The notes beneath the pieces are model-generated. The model searched no databases. It was given only the letters and a program-made list of their open reading frames with translations, and was not told the origin of the DNA. Position numbers and translations under genes: made by a program. Below, in pieces: positions 13,450 through 24,902 of a DNA stretch of 64,000 nt. The stretch is from NCBI RefSeq assembly GCF_009914755.1, contig NC_060940.1, one strand, 5' to 3'. Source of the DNA: the human T2T-CHM13v2.0 reference genome, Homo sapiens. The stretch's first letter is position 1, and each line of letters begins with the position of its first letter.

Positions 13450-16400
13450 GCTTTTATCTTTATTTGTATAAATTTAAGGGCTATGGGTGCACCTTTGTTA
13501 CACAGAAATATTACAGTGGTATTGGCTTTAGTGTACCCAACACCCAAGTAACGTACATTGTACCCATTAGGTGATTTTTCATCATGCTCCCAACTCCTAC
13601 CCTCCCATTCTGCTAAGTCTCCAATGTCCATAATCCCTCTCTCCATATCCTTGTGTACACACTGTTTTCCTCCCACTTATAAGTAATAATGTGTGATATG
13701 TGGCTTTCTGTTTGTGAGTTAGCTCACTAATTATAATGTCCCCCAGTTCTAGGCATCTTGCTGCAAAAGACACAGTTTCATTCCTTATTGTGGCTGACTA
13801 GTATTAAATTGTGCATATATGCTATATTCTTTTATAAAATCATCTGTCGGTGGACACTCAGGTTGTCATATATGCTATTGAGAATAGATTTGTGGTAAAC
13901 ATAGAAGTGTGGGTATCTTTTTGAAATCATGATTTCTTTGTCTTTGGGTAGTTACCCAGTAGTGGGATTGGTAGAATAAAGGCCAGTACTGTTTCTCATT
14001 TTTTGGAAAGTCTCCATACTGTTTCCCCTCTCTCTCTCTCTTTTTTCCTTTTTTAACTATACTTTAAGTTCTGGGATACATGTGCAGAATGTGCAGGTTT
14101 GTCACATAGGTATACATAGGCCATAGTGGTTTGCTGCACCCACCAACTCATCATCTACAATAGGTATTTCTCCTAATGCTAACCCCTCCAGCCCCCCACT
14201 CCCCAACAGTCTCCGGTGTGTGATGTTTGTTCCCCTCCCTGTGTCCTTGTGTTCTCATTGTTCAACTCCCACTTGTGAGTGAGAACATGTGGTGTTTGGT
14301 TTTATGTTCTTGTGATAGTTTGCTGAGAATGATGGTTTCCAGCTTCATCCATGTCCATGCAAAGCACATGAACTCATCCTTTTTATGGCTGCATAGTATT
14401 CCATGGTGTATATGTGCCACATTTTCTTTATCCAGCCTATCATTGATGGGCATTTGGGTTGGTTCCAAGTCTTTGCTATTGTCAACAGTGCTGCAATAAA
14501 AATATGTGTGCATGTGTCTTTATAGCAGAATGATTTATAATCCTTTGGGTATATACCAAACAATGAGATTGCTGGGACAAATGGTATTTCTAGTTCTATC
14601 TAGATCCTTGAATAATCACCACACTGTCTCCCACAATGGTTGAAGTAATTTACACTACCAACCACAGTGTAAAAACGTTCCTATTTCTCCACATCCTCTC
14701 CAGCAGCTTTTGTTTCCTGACTTTTTAGTCATCACTATTCTAACTGGCATGGGATGGCATCTCTTTGTGGTTTTGATTTGCATTTCTCGAATGACCAATG
14801 ATGATGAACTTTATTTTATATGTTTGTTGGCTGAATAAACATCTTCTTTTGAGATGTGTCTGTTCATAACCTTCCCTCAATTTTTGATGGGGTTGTTTGT
14901 TTTTTTATTGTAAGTTTGTTTAAGTTCCTTGTAGATTCTAGATATTGGCCTATTGTCAGATGGATAGATTGCAAACAATTGCTCCCATTCTGTAGGCTGC
15001 CCATTCACTCTGAAGATAGTTTCTTTTGCTGTGCAGAAGCTCTTTAGTTTACTTAGATCTCATTTGTCAATTTTGACTTTTGTTGCAATTGCTTTTGGTG
15101 TTTTAGTCATGAAGTGAAGTCCTTGCACATGCCTATGTACTGAATCGTATTGCCTAGGTTTTCTTCTAGGACTTTTATGGTTTTAGGTCTCACATTTAAG
15201 TCTTTAACCCACCATGAGTTAATTTTTGTATAAGGTGTAAGGAAGGGATCTAGTTTCAGTTTTCTGAATATGGTTAGCTAGTTTTCCCAACACCATTTAT
15301 TAAATAGGGGATCATTTTCCCCATTGCTTCTGTCAGGTTTTTCAAAGATCAGATGGGTGTAGATGTGTGGCATTATTTCTGGGACCTCTATTCTGTTCCA
15401 TTGGTCTATATATCTGTTTTGGTACCAGTACCATGCTGTCTTGGTTACTGTAGCCTTGTAGTATAGTTTGAAGTCAGGTAGCATGATGCCTCCAGCTTTG
15501 TTCTTTTTCCTTAGGATTGTCTAGGCTATATGGGCTCTTTTTTGGTTCCATATGAAATTTAAGGTAGTTTTTTTCTAATTCTGTGAAGGAAGTCAATGGT
15601 AGCTTGATGGGGATAGCATTGAATCTATAAATTACTTCGGGCAATATGGCCATTTTCATGATATTAATTCTTCCTATCTATGAACATGGAATGTTTTTCC
15701 ATTTGTTTCTGCCCTCTCTTATTTCCTTGGGCAGTGGTTTGTAGTTCTCTTGAAGAGGTCCTTCACATCCTTTGTAAGTTGTATTCCTAGGTATTTTATT
15801 TTCTTTGTAGCAATTGTAAATGAGAGTTCACTCATGATTTGGCTCTCTGTCTTTCTATTATTGGTGTATAGGAATGTTTGTGATTTTTCCACATTGATTT
15901 TGTATCCTTAGACTTTGCTGAAGTTGCTTATCAGCTTAAGGAGATTTGGGGCTGAGATGATGGGGTTTTCTAAATATATAATCATGTCATCTACAAACAG
16001 ACACAGTTTGACTTCCTCTTTTCCTATTTGAATACCCTTTATTTATTTCTCTTGCCTGATTTCCCTGGCCAGAACTTCCAATACTATGTTGAATGGGAGT
16101 GGTGAGACAGGGCATCCTTGTCTTGTGCCGGTTTCCAAATCCACCATGATCAAGTTGGCGTCATACCTGGGATGCAAGGCTGGTTCAACATATGCAAATC
16201 AATAAACATAATCCATCACATAAACAGAACCAATGGAAAAAAAAACATTATTATCTCAATAGATGCAGAAAAGGCCTTCAATAAAATTCAACACCGATTC
16301 ATACTAAAACCGCTCATTAACTAGGTATTGATGGAATGTATCTCAAAATAATAAGAGCTGTTTATGAGAAATGCATAGTCAATATCATACTCAATCCATA

Positions 16401-17170
16401 CTGTTTTCTATAGAGGTCGTACTCGTCCACATTCTCATCAACAGTGTCTAAGAGTTCACTTTACATTTCATCCTCTCCAACATCTGTTATTTTTGACTTT
16501 TTAATAATAGCCATTGTGAACGGTATGATATCTCACTACAGTTTTAATTTGCATTTCCCTGATGATTAGTGATGCTGAGCATTTTTTATGTATCTATTGT
16601 CCATTTTTATGTGTTATTTACAAAAATGTCTACTCAAGTTGTTTGCTCATTTTAATGGGGTTATTTGGTTCTTGTTTTCTTTCGTAGTTGTTTGAGTTTC
16701 TTGTTAATTCTGCATATTAGTACTCCGTCAGAGGCACAGTGTGCAAATATTTTCTATCATTCTGCACTTTGTCTGTTCACTCTGTTGCTGTGAAGAAACT
16801 TGTTAGATTCATTAAGTCCCATTTGTCTATTATTTGCTTTTTGTCTTTTGGTTTTTGGCTTGTGCTTTTGAGTTCTTAGTCGTAAATTATTTACCTAGGC
16901 CAGTGTCCAGAAGAGTTGTCCTGGTGTTTTATTTGAATACGTTTACAGTTTGAGGTCTTACATTTAAACCTTTAATCTATTTTCTGTTAATTATTTACAT
17001 GTTGAGGGTGGGTGTCCAGTTTAATTCATGTGCATATAGCTATCCAATTTCCCCAGCACCCTTTATTGAATGAGGTGTCCTTTCCCTGGTGTATACGTTG
17101 GTTAATTTTTGTTAACTTTGTCAAAGATCACTTGGCCATAGATTATGTGGCTCAATTCTGGGTTCTGCAA
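13450..17170 (-). mobile_element. L1PB (L1PB4-like) 3' portion, split by the L1PA insertion at 14025-16394
   Basis: L1PB-type 3' UTR at 13450-14024 resumes at 16395 after the duplicated tccatactgttt. Confidence 0.75.
14025..16394 (-). mobile_element. 5'-truncated, 5'-inverted L1PA7-like insertion
   Basis: Minus-strand L1 to ~16139, plus-strand inverted piece 16139-16394, 12-bp TSD tccatactgttt at 14013-14024 and 16395-16406. Confidence 0.9.
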
Positions 17171-17311
17171 AATGTACCCAAGAGCCTTGATTTTCCTGGG
17201 GCCTCAATACTGATCTGCTCACTGCTTGAACTCCGTTGACTCAGTGATGCTCCTATCATTGTAGTGGTTTGTTGTCATGCGATGGCTTTCCTAAAATTGT
17301 GGACAATTCTG

Positions 17312-17818
17312 TTTTCTTTTTTTTTTTTAATTATTATACTTTAAGTTTTAGGGTACATGTGTACAATGTGCAGGTTAGTTACATATGTATCCATGAGCCA
17401 TGTTGGTGTGCTGCACCCATTAACTCATCATTTAGCATTAGGTATATCTCCTAATGCTGTCCCTCCCCCCTCCCCCCACCCCACAACAGTCCCCAGAGTG
17501 TGATCCCCTTCCTGTGTCCATGTGGTCTCATTGTTCAATTCCCACCTATGAGTGAGAACATGTGGTGTTCGGTTTTTTGTCCTTGTGATAGTTTACTGAG
17601 AATGATGGTTTCCAGTTTCATCCATGTCTCTACAAAGGACATGAATTCATCATTTTTTATGGCTGCATAGTATTCCATGGTGTATATGTGCCACATTTTC
17701 TTAATCCAGTCTATCATTGTTGGACATTTGGGTTGGTTCCAAGTCTTTGGTATTGTGAATAGTGCCGCAATAAACATACGTGTGCATGTGTCTTTATAGC
17801 AGCATGATTTATAGTCCT
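17312..17818 (-). mobile_element. 5'-truncated L1PA3-like 3' end
   Basis: Poly-T, L1PA 3' UTR, ORF2 C-terminal peptide MFIAALFTIPKTWNQPKCPTMIDWIKKMW. Confidence 0.9.
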
Positions 17819-18539
17819 GTTCAAACTTGAGCTAGGAATTTCATAAGAAAAGTGTTGTCGAATTTTTCATTTCTTTTCCACATTGCTCCTCAGACTTACT
17901 GAGATGGGTTTCTGATGTCAAGCTGAGGCATTTTACTTTCCAAGTGTTGGATTTTATACTTACCTGGGTATTTAATCACCCCCTGTGTGGAAATCAGCCT
18001 CATCTATCACACCTTCCCTATAAAATTTCTAGAAATTTATTTGTGCACTGCAAGTGAGACACTCCATGATGAGGACACATTCTGTCTTTCTTGTTGTTTC
18101 ATAAAATTACTTTATTAGTGTAAATTTGTCTCTGCAAGAAAAGATGGTATCTGGATTTTAATTAATCATCCTGCTCTTTTATCTCCACATTCTTCTCCAA
18201 CACTATTTCCTGCAGTTTAAGAATGTCATATGTTATAGATATTTGTATTCAGACCCTTGGAAGGATATGAGCTCAAGAAATAAGTGGCCACATATCAGTG
18301 ATGCATGTGGCCGAGGTAATGGGACTCTTAGATGCTCAATCTTTGTCAAACAGGATACAGCCTCTGCTTACATGGATCACTAACAGGGAGCATGACATTT
18401 AATAATACAGAATAGGAAAACAGACAGGGCTCTGAGTCTGGTTGGTATAGGAAACACAAGCCCTGGCAGGAAATGGCATCTCAGTCACACTTTCCTGTTC
18501 TGCAGAGGTAGGGAGGGAGCACCACTGAGACGCAGCCTG

Positions 18540-18578
18540 GGTTCTTGTACAGGAGGCATCCTGGGCTGTGTCTCTGTG
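18540..18578 (-). promoter_or_regulatory. V-gene recombination signal sequence (23-RSS)
   Basis: Heptamer CACAGAG (18578-18572), 23-bp spacer, nonamer ACAAGAACC (18548-18540), directly after the V exon. Confidence 0.95.
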
Positions 18579-19022
18579 CTCTCCATGCACAGTAATACGT
18601 GGCTGTGTCCACAGGGTCCATGTTGGTCATGGTAAGGACCACCTGGCTTTTGGAGGTGTCCTTGGAGATGATGAGCCTGTTCTTCAGAGACGTGCTGTAG
18701 GATTTTTTGTCATTCAAAAAAATGTGAGCAAGCCACTCCAGGGCCTTCCCTGGGGGCTGACGGATCCAGCTCATACCCATTCCAGAAGTGCTGAGTGAGA
18801 ACCCAGAGAGAGTGCAGGTCAGCGTGAGGGTCTCTGTGGGTTTCACCAGCGCAGGACCAGACTCCTTCAAGGTGACCTGGGACAAGACCCCTGTGGAGAA
18901 GACATAAGAAGATGAAGCCCACAAAGGAGAGAACTGATGTTTCACTTCTGAGGAAGTCCCTGACCACAACACTCACAGGAAGGGGTGGTCAGCAGCAGGA
19001 GTGTGGAGCAAAACGTGTCCAT
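18579..19022 (-). CDS. IGHV2OR16-5: Immunoglobulin heavy variable IGHV2 orphon gene segment (open frame; IGHV2/OR16-5 or its paralogous copy)
   Basis: Leader exon 19022-18977 ([15 protein letters not shown]), 86-bp GT-AG intron 18976-18891, exon 2 18890-18579 encoding (W)[103 protein letters not shown]. Both Cys and the conserved Trp are intact. Confidence 0.9.
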
Positions 19023-19063
19023 AGTGGGGCACAGGAGTCACTGAGCGAGGCCCCATTCTCGGC

Positions 19064-19104
19064 TTTTGAACCCAGAGGAGGGTGGAGCTGGTGGAGATTT
19101 GCAT
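19064..19104 (-). promoter_or_regulatory. IGHV promoter: octamer ATGCAAAT plus TATA-like TTCAAAA
   Basis: atttgcat at 19097-19104 and ttttgaa at 19064-19070, upstream of the leader ATG at 19022. Confidence 0.9.
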
Positions 19105-19765
19105 CCCCTCATCTGAGTCCTACTCTATGGGGTGCACTCAGGTCTCAGGACTCAGTAGGGGAGTGCATCTGTGGTGAAGAGCAGTGAGCCCTCAGGTGTG
19201 GACTTCCACGTGTGCTCTCCATGGGGGACTCCATCTCATTTCAGGACCATGCCTTTCAGCCAAGGCTCTGAGATTCCTGCTCCTACAGACAGGGTCTTCT
19301 CTAAGTCTCACCCAGGCAGCATGCAGCTTTCTGGTTTTAGTCCTAGAGGATGAGAGGAGAAATCAATAGAGATGGTTTTCTTTCTTCCTTCAGGAGAAAT
19401 GAGGGTGGGAATCTGGTAGAGCAAGGGGCTTCCCATAAGTTTCTGATAAAAATCCTCTTTGTTTAGGGGGAAAGTGATGATTTTTTTAAATGATAGAGAA
19501 TACATCAACAAAACATTTAAAAATGTATTGTGTAAAGAAGTGTAAATAGCATTTCAGCCATTTACACACTGCAAGACACACTGCTTATTAGTGTGTCTGC
19601 ACATAGGTGCATTCCTGTAGGAATGTTCCATGGATAATCAATCTTGTCTTTATGCCCTGTCAGCCCTTTAGGAAGAGTAGACTGCATCTCTGACATCCCT
19701 CTTCCAGCGCATGAGTGAGCAGAGGCTTTAAACAGGGTAATTGGAGGAATCCCAGGGGAGCAGCT

Positions 19766-20369
19766 GGCTTTTTGATCCCGCCGCCGCGGCTTTTTGCGGC
19801 TTTTGGCCGCCGCCGCAGGTTTTTGCCGCCGCCGCAGGTTTCTCCCGCCCCGGCTTTATGCCCCCCGCCGACGCAGCTTTTTGCCGCTGCGGCTTTTTGT
19901 CCCCGCCGCCGCGGCTTTTTGCGGCTTTCTACCTCCGCCGCCGCGGCTTTTTGCCCCCGCCGCCGTGGCTTTCTCTGCCGCGGCTTTTTGACCCCGTCGC
20001 CGCGGCTCTTTGCCCCCGCCGCCGCGGCTTTCGGCCTCGTCGCCGCGGCTTTCTGCCCCCGCCCCCGTTGCTTTTTGCTCCCGCCGGCACGGCTTTTTGC
20101 CTCCGCCGCCGCGGCTTTTTGCCCCCGAAGCCACGGCTTTTTGCGGTTTTTTGCCCCCGCCGCCACGACTTTTTGCCCTGCCACAGCGGCTTTTTGTGGC
20201 TTTTGGCCCCCGCCGCCCCGGCTTTTTGCCCCCGCCGCCACAGGTTGTTCCCACCGCGGCTTTTTGCCTCCGCCGCCTCGGCTTTCTACACCCGCCGCCG
20301 CAGCTTTCTGCCTTTGCGGCTTTTTGCACCCGCCCCCCCATGCCACTTTTTGCCCCCGCCGCCGCGGCT
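19766..20369. repeat. GC-rich (CGGCTTTTTGCCCCCGCCGCCG)n array (GGGCAAAAAGCCG-type pericentromeric repeat), copy 1
   Basis: Degenerate 22-bp units with shorter variants; very CpG-dense. Confidence 0.9.
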
Positions 20370-20519
20370 CTGACTGCAGGATCCGCCAACTAGGCTGCCA
20401 GCTCTACCGGCGTCCTGGCTCGGGCAGCGCCGAGGGGCGCTCCTCGTCCAGCTCTCCCGGCTCAGGGGTTCCTTGCCTAGACGCCCGCACCCCTAGCTCC
20501 CCGCCTTGACCGCTGCAGC

Positions 20520-20749
20520 CTGCATAGAGTGGCGCTGCGCCCGGCTGCGATGGGAGAGAAGAAGGAGGGCGGTGGCGGGGGTGATGCGGTGGCGCAGAGG
20601 GAGGCGCAGGGGCCGCCGCTAGCCGGGTGCTGCAGGAGTGCGGGCAGCTCCAGAAGTTCATAGGCATTTCCATCGGCAGCCTGCTCGGGCTGCGCACCCA
20701 GTGCGCTGTGTCCAACGACCTCACCCAGCAGGAAATACGGACGATGGAG
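20520..20749 (+). pseudogene. KSR1: KSR1 exon 1 duplicate, frameshifted
   Basis: (L)[22 protein letters not shown], then a 1-bp deletion near 20593, then [43 protein letters not shown]; donor gtaagg at 20750. The original ATG position reads CTG; 230 bp versus 231 bp in copy 2. Confidence 0.9.
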
Positions 20750-21558
20750 GTAAGGGGGTCCGGGACCCCGGCTGGGCTCGAGGAGCGGCCCGGACACCTC
20801 CCTTGGGGCCCCAGTTCACTCCTGGCCGAGTTGCATCCTTGAGCCCGCATGGCCCCCTTGGAGGCTTCTCCTCCCTCCTGCACTAGCTGATGCGGCAGCC
20901 AGAGGACCCCGGACTAGCCCTCACCTTGGGCAGGATTTGTGGGGCGGGTGCGTGATGGGAACTTGGATGGAGGCTCGAGGGGCCCGTGGGCAGGGTGGGC
21001 TGCGCGCAGACATCCCCTTACAACCCGAATTTCCATCTGGTCCAGCCCTCTCATCTTGTAGGTGAGGAAACCGAAGGCCTGAGGGAGAACTGACTTGCCA
21101 GGAACCTCTCTTAAAGAGAATTAACAAAGTGTGGTTATTAAAGGAGAAATGAGTTGGGAGTCAGACCTGGAAGCCCACACCCTTGGTTAAGACATTATAC
21201 CACCTTGAGTCTGGCCTGTTGACTGAGGGTGAGCCACTCCATCCTCGTCTGATTGTGGGGTCTTGACCTCAAGGGGTTTCCTGCAGGAAGAAGCAAATGG
21301 GTTTGCTTTCCTAGCTCTGTCCACTACCTTAGGGACCCTGAGGACTGGAGAGATTCTTGGAGAGCTATCTAGTGTATGTCATGGGTGGGTCTTTTTTGAA
21401 GGTCAGTCTGCCCAGTGGGCTGGCTCAGCCCGAATGAACTCTCTTGAATCTTTGGAGTTGTCTGTGTACTTTTAAGGGCTTCTCATCCTTGCACCAAAAG
21501 ATCCCCTGGAAATTAGGTGGGAAAACCTTAACTTTCATGGGGCCTTTTTCATGCACAT

Positions 21559-21819
21559 GGCCAGGTGTGGTGGCTCACACCTGTTATCCTTTCCTGGATC
21601 CCTTGAGTCAAGGAGTTTGAGACCAACCTGGACAATATAGTGAGACCATGTCTCTACAAAAAATAAAATGTTAGCCAGGAGTGGTTGTGCGCATCTGTAG
21701 TCCCAGCTACTACTGTGGCTGAGGCAGGCGGAGCACTTGAGCCTGCACTGAGCTGTGATCTCACCAGTGTGCTCCAGCCTGGGCCACTGAGCAAGACCTT
21801 GACTCAAAAAAAAAAAAAA
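21559..21819 (+). mobile_element. Degenerate AluJ
   Basis: Alu arms with internal deletions and poly-A. Confidence 0.85.
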
Positions 21820-21929
21820 TTTTCTTGAAGATTTTGCATTCTGTCCCACTATCCATTGGTTTTCATGTCAAGATAATGTCAGAAATTCTTTACAATTGCT
21901 TCCAGAAGGAGTAGCCTTTTGATCTAGTG

Positions 21930-22123
21930 CACAGGTGTCCAGTCTTTTGGCTTCTCAGGGCCACATTGGAAGAAGAATTCTCCTGGGCCACACATAAAAT
22001 ACACTATTGCTAACGACAGCTGATGAGCTTATAAAAAAAAAAAGGTTTGTGCATAATTTTCATGATACCCACCACCACAGATAGGCGGAAAAGTCCTTTT
22101 AGTCAAAGGGTTGGACACGGCTG
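21930..22123. mobile_element. MER30(B) hAT-Charlie MITE
   Basis: ggtgtccagtcttttggcttc...gggttggacacggctg with 8-bp TSD atctagtg (21922-21929 and 22124-22131). Confidence 0.85.
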
Positions 22124-22484
22124 ATCTAGTGTCTTGTCATCAGTTTTGGCTTTCTCCCTGATTCCAGAATGCAGGTAGAGATGTAGATACGTGCTCTCAG
22201 GACAGCTGTTGAGATAAAAAAATTCATTGTCATTTATTCCCAAGCACAGCTGTTTGTCATTTGCATTAAAAAAGTCTCCAAACCGCTGTCACATATAAAA
22301 CCTGTTTATATAAGTCTGTATTTTTCTGTTGTCATGACATTTGTGGGCAGTAGTGTGTTTTAACTGAGCAAACTGTCCTTCAAATAATGAAGCCGAAGTC
22401 AGCCTACCTGCTTGCCATGTTTCTTCCCCTTCCATTTTTCTAACCTCAGGATAATTGTAAGAATGAATTAAGATTTGTGTTTAA

Positions 22485-22635
22485 GGCCAGGCGCAGTGTC
22501 TCAGGCCTGTAGTCTTAGCACTTTGGGAGGGGGAGACGGATGTATCGCTTGAGCTCAGGAGTTGAAGACCAGCCTGGGCAACATACTAAGACTCCGTTTT
22601 GTACAATTAAATTAAAATTTAAAAAAAGAAGAGGA
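22485..22635 (+). mobile_element. FLAM / Alu left monomer
   Basis: Single Alu arm with A-rich tail; degenerate TSD aagaYttgtRttt. Confidence 0.85.
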
Positions 22636-23505
22636 AAAGACTTGTATTTCAAATTTTAAAAAAGCGGGGGGAAAGGTAATGCAAAATGTGGACTATGCCA
22701 GCTATGATTAAGAAAAATAATTTTTCCTACAGCATTATCTGTAGACTTGTATTAGCAGCATACTGGTCATAAGCGTTTTGCTTTCCTCAAATATGATGAG
22801 GTAAGCTACTTTAAAGTGTGGTGGGGCTTTCTTCTGCGTGGCTCCTGGAGGTGTTCAGTCCCAATTTAGCCAATTAATTTGGGTTTGGTTTTGATATGGA
22901 TAAGGGAGACGAGCTTCATTCATGGTACACACACAGTTTTGCCAATAAGGAAAAAATAAAGCAACCTGAATGTTCCTACTCATTAGATGCTATCTGGAGA
23001 GCTCCTACCCCACCCCCACCAAGGCCCGGGCCCTTAAAAAGACTCAATGCAGCCTTTCTGTATCTCATACTGTATTCTGCAAGATGCTCCTGTGAAAGAA
23101 AGTTGTGCTGCATCAGCCATCTCCCTCCTGAAGATCCCTGTGGATGAGGATTTGCGTTTAAAAGGTTCTGAGAACTCCTGCAACAACAGTTCTCAAACTT
23201 ATTTGTCCAGGGGATCTTTTCTTCCACTGAACATAGTTGGGGAGACACGGCCTTAAGCCTTGAGCAGAGAAAGAGACAAGAAACAGTTGGCTCACTTACA
23301 ACCAAGTGTTGTGTTTATGTTTTAGGTTTTTATGAAACTGAGGTGCTGTTTGAAGTTCTAAATGAAATTGGGTGGTTGAAGAGAGGCTGGTATCCCTGTA
23401 GACTTAGCCAGCCATGTGAGGTTGCCTTTTGTTGAAGGAGGTGTTTTACAAAGGGAAATAGGGTGTCTCCTGGGCATCACATTAGCACTTAAATGCATGT
23501 ATCAC

Positions 23506-23875
23506 TGAAATGAAATGAAATGATGAAATGATGAAATGAAATGAAATGATGAAATGAAATGATGAAACAAAATGATGAAATGAAGAAATGAAACGATGAA
23601 ATGATGAAATGAAATGATGAGATGAAATGAAATGGTGAAATGTTGAAATGAAATGACATGAAATTAAATGATGAAATGATGCAATGAAATGATGCAATGA
23701 TGAAATGGAATGATGAAATGAAATGATGAAATGATGAAATGAAATGAAATGATGAAATGATGAAATGAAAAGATGAAATGATGAAATGAAGAAATGGGAT
23801 GAAATGATGAAATGAAATGAAATGATGAAATGAAGTGAAATGATGAAATGATGAAATGATGAAATAATGAAATGA
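23506..23875. repeat. (GAAAT/GAT)n simple satellite, copy 1 (truncated by L1)
   Basis: Irregular array of tgaaa and tga units ending at the L1 5' end. Confidence 0.95.
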
Positions 23876-24902
23876 GGGGTGGAGCCAAGATGGCCGAACA
23901 GGAACAGCTCTGGTCTACAGCTCCCAGCATGAGCAACTCAGAAGACAGGCGATTTCTGCATTTCCATCTGAGGTACCGCGTTCATCTCACTAGGGAGTGC
24001 CCAACAGTGGGTGCAGGACAGTGGGTGCAGCGCACCATGTGCAAGCTGAAGCACAGCGAGGCATTGCCTCACTCGGGAAGTGCAAAGGGTCAGGGAGTTG
24101 TCTTTCCTAGTCAAAGAAAGGGGTGACAGACGGCACCTGGAAAATCAGGTCACTCTCACCCTAATACTGTGCTTTTCCAATGGGCTTGGAAAAGAGCACA
24201 CCAGGAGATTGTGTCCTGCACCTGGCTTGGAGGGTCCTACGCCCACAGAGTCTCACAGATTGCTAGCACAGCAGTCTGAGATCAAACTGCAAGGCGGCAG
24301 TGAGGCTGGGGGAGGGGTACGCACCATTGCCCAGGCTTGCTTAGGTAAACAAAGCAGCCAGGCAGCTGGAACTGGGTGGAGCCCACCACAGCTCCAGGAG
24401 GCCTGCCTGCCTCTGTAGGCTCCACCTCTGGGGGCAGGGCACAGACAAACAAAAAGTCAGCAGAAACCTCTGCAGACTTAAATGTCCCTGTCTGACAGCT
24501 TTGAAGAGAGTAGTGGTTCTCCCAGCACGCAGCTGGAGATCTGAGAACGGGCAGACTGCCTCCTAAAGTGGGTCACTGACCCCCGAGCAGCCTAACTGGG
24601 AGGCACCCCTCAGTAGGGACAGACTGACACCTCACTCGGCCGGGTAGTCCTCTGAGACCAAACTTCCAGAGGAACGATCAGACAGCTGAATTTGTGGTTC
24701 ACGAAAATCTGCTGTTCTGCAGCCACCGCTACTGATACCCAGGCAAACAGGGTCTGGAGTGGACCTCTAGGAAACTCCCACAGATCTGCAGCTGAGGGTC
24801 CTGTCTTTTAGAAGGAAAACTAACAAACAGAAGGACACCCACACCAAAAGCCCATCTGTACATCACCATCATCAAAGACCAAAAGTTGATAAAACCACAA
24901 AG

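Larger units (their letters stand above)
19766..23875 (+). repeat. Duplicated module copy 1 (GC array - KSR1 exon 1 - downstream DNA - GAAAT array)
   Basis: Colinear with 54460-61189, sharing AluJ, MER30 and FLAM insertions; roughly 90-95% identical by eye on sampled lines. Confidence 0.9.

Noticed and set aside
18481-18972. 163-aa single-exon Ig ORF
   Set aside because: Starts in the leader intron and reads through the RSS; the real structure is the spliced leader plus V exon.
19766-20369. CRISPR-like appearance of the 22-bp repeats
   Set aside because: No unique spacers, no cas genes, and the context is primate genomic DNA.
19660-20509. Long Ala/Pro/Arg/Lys ORFs (also 54285-55546, up to 399 aa)
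   Set aside because: The repeat unit lacks stop codons, so nearly all frames are open.
24253-24327. L1 antisense ORF0
   Set aside because: The ATG is present, but TGA occurs after 24 codons.
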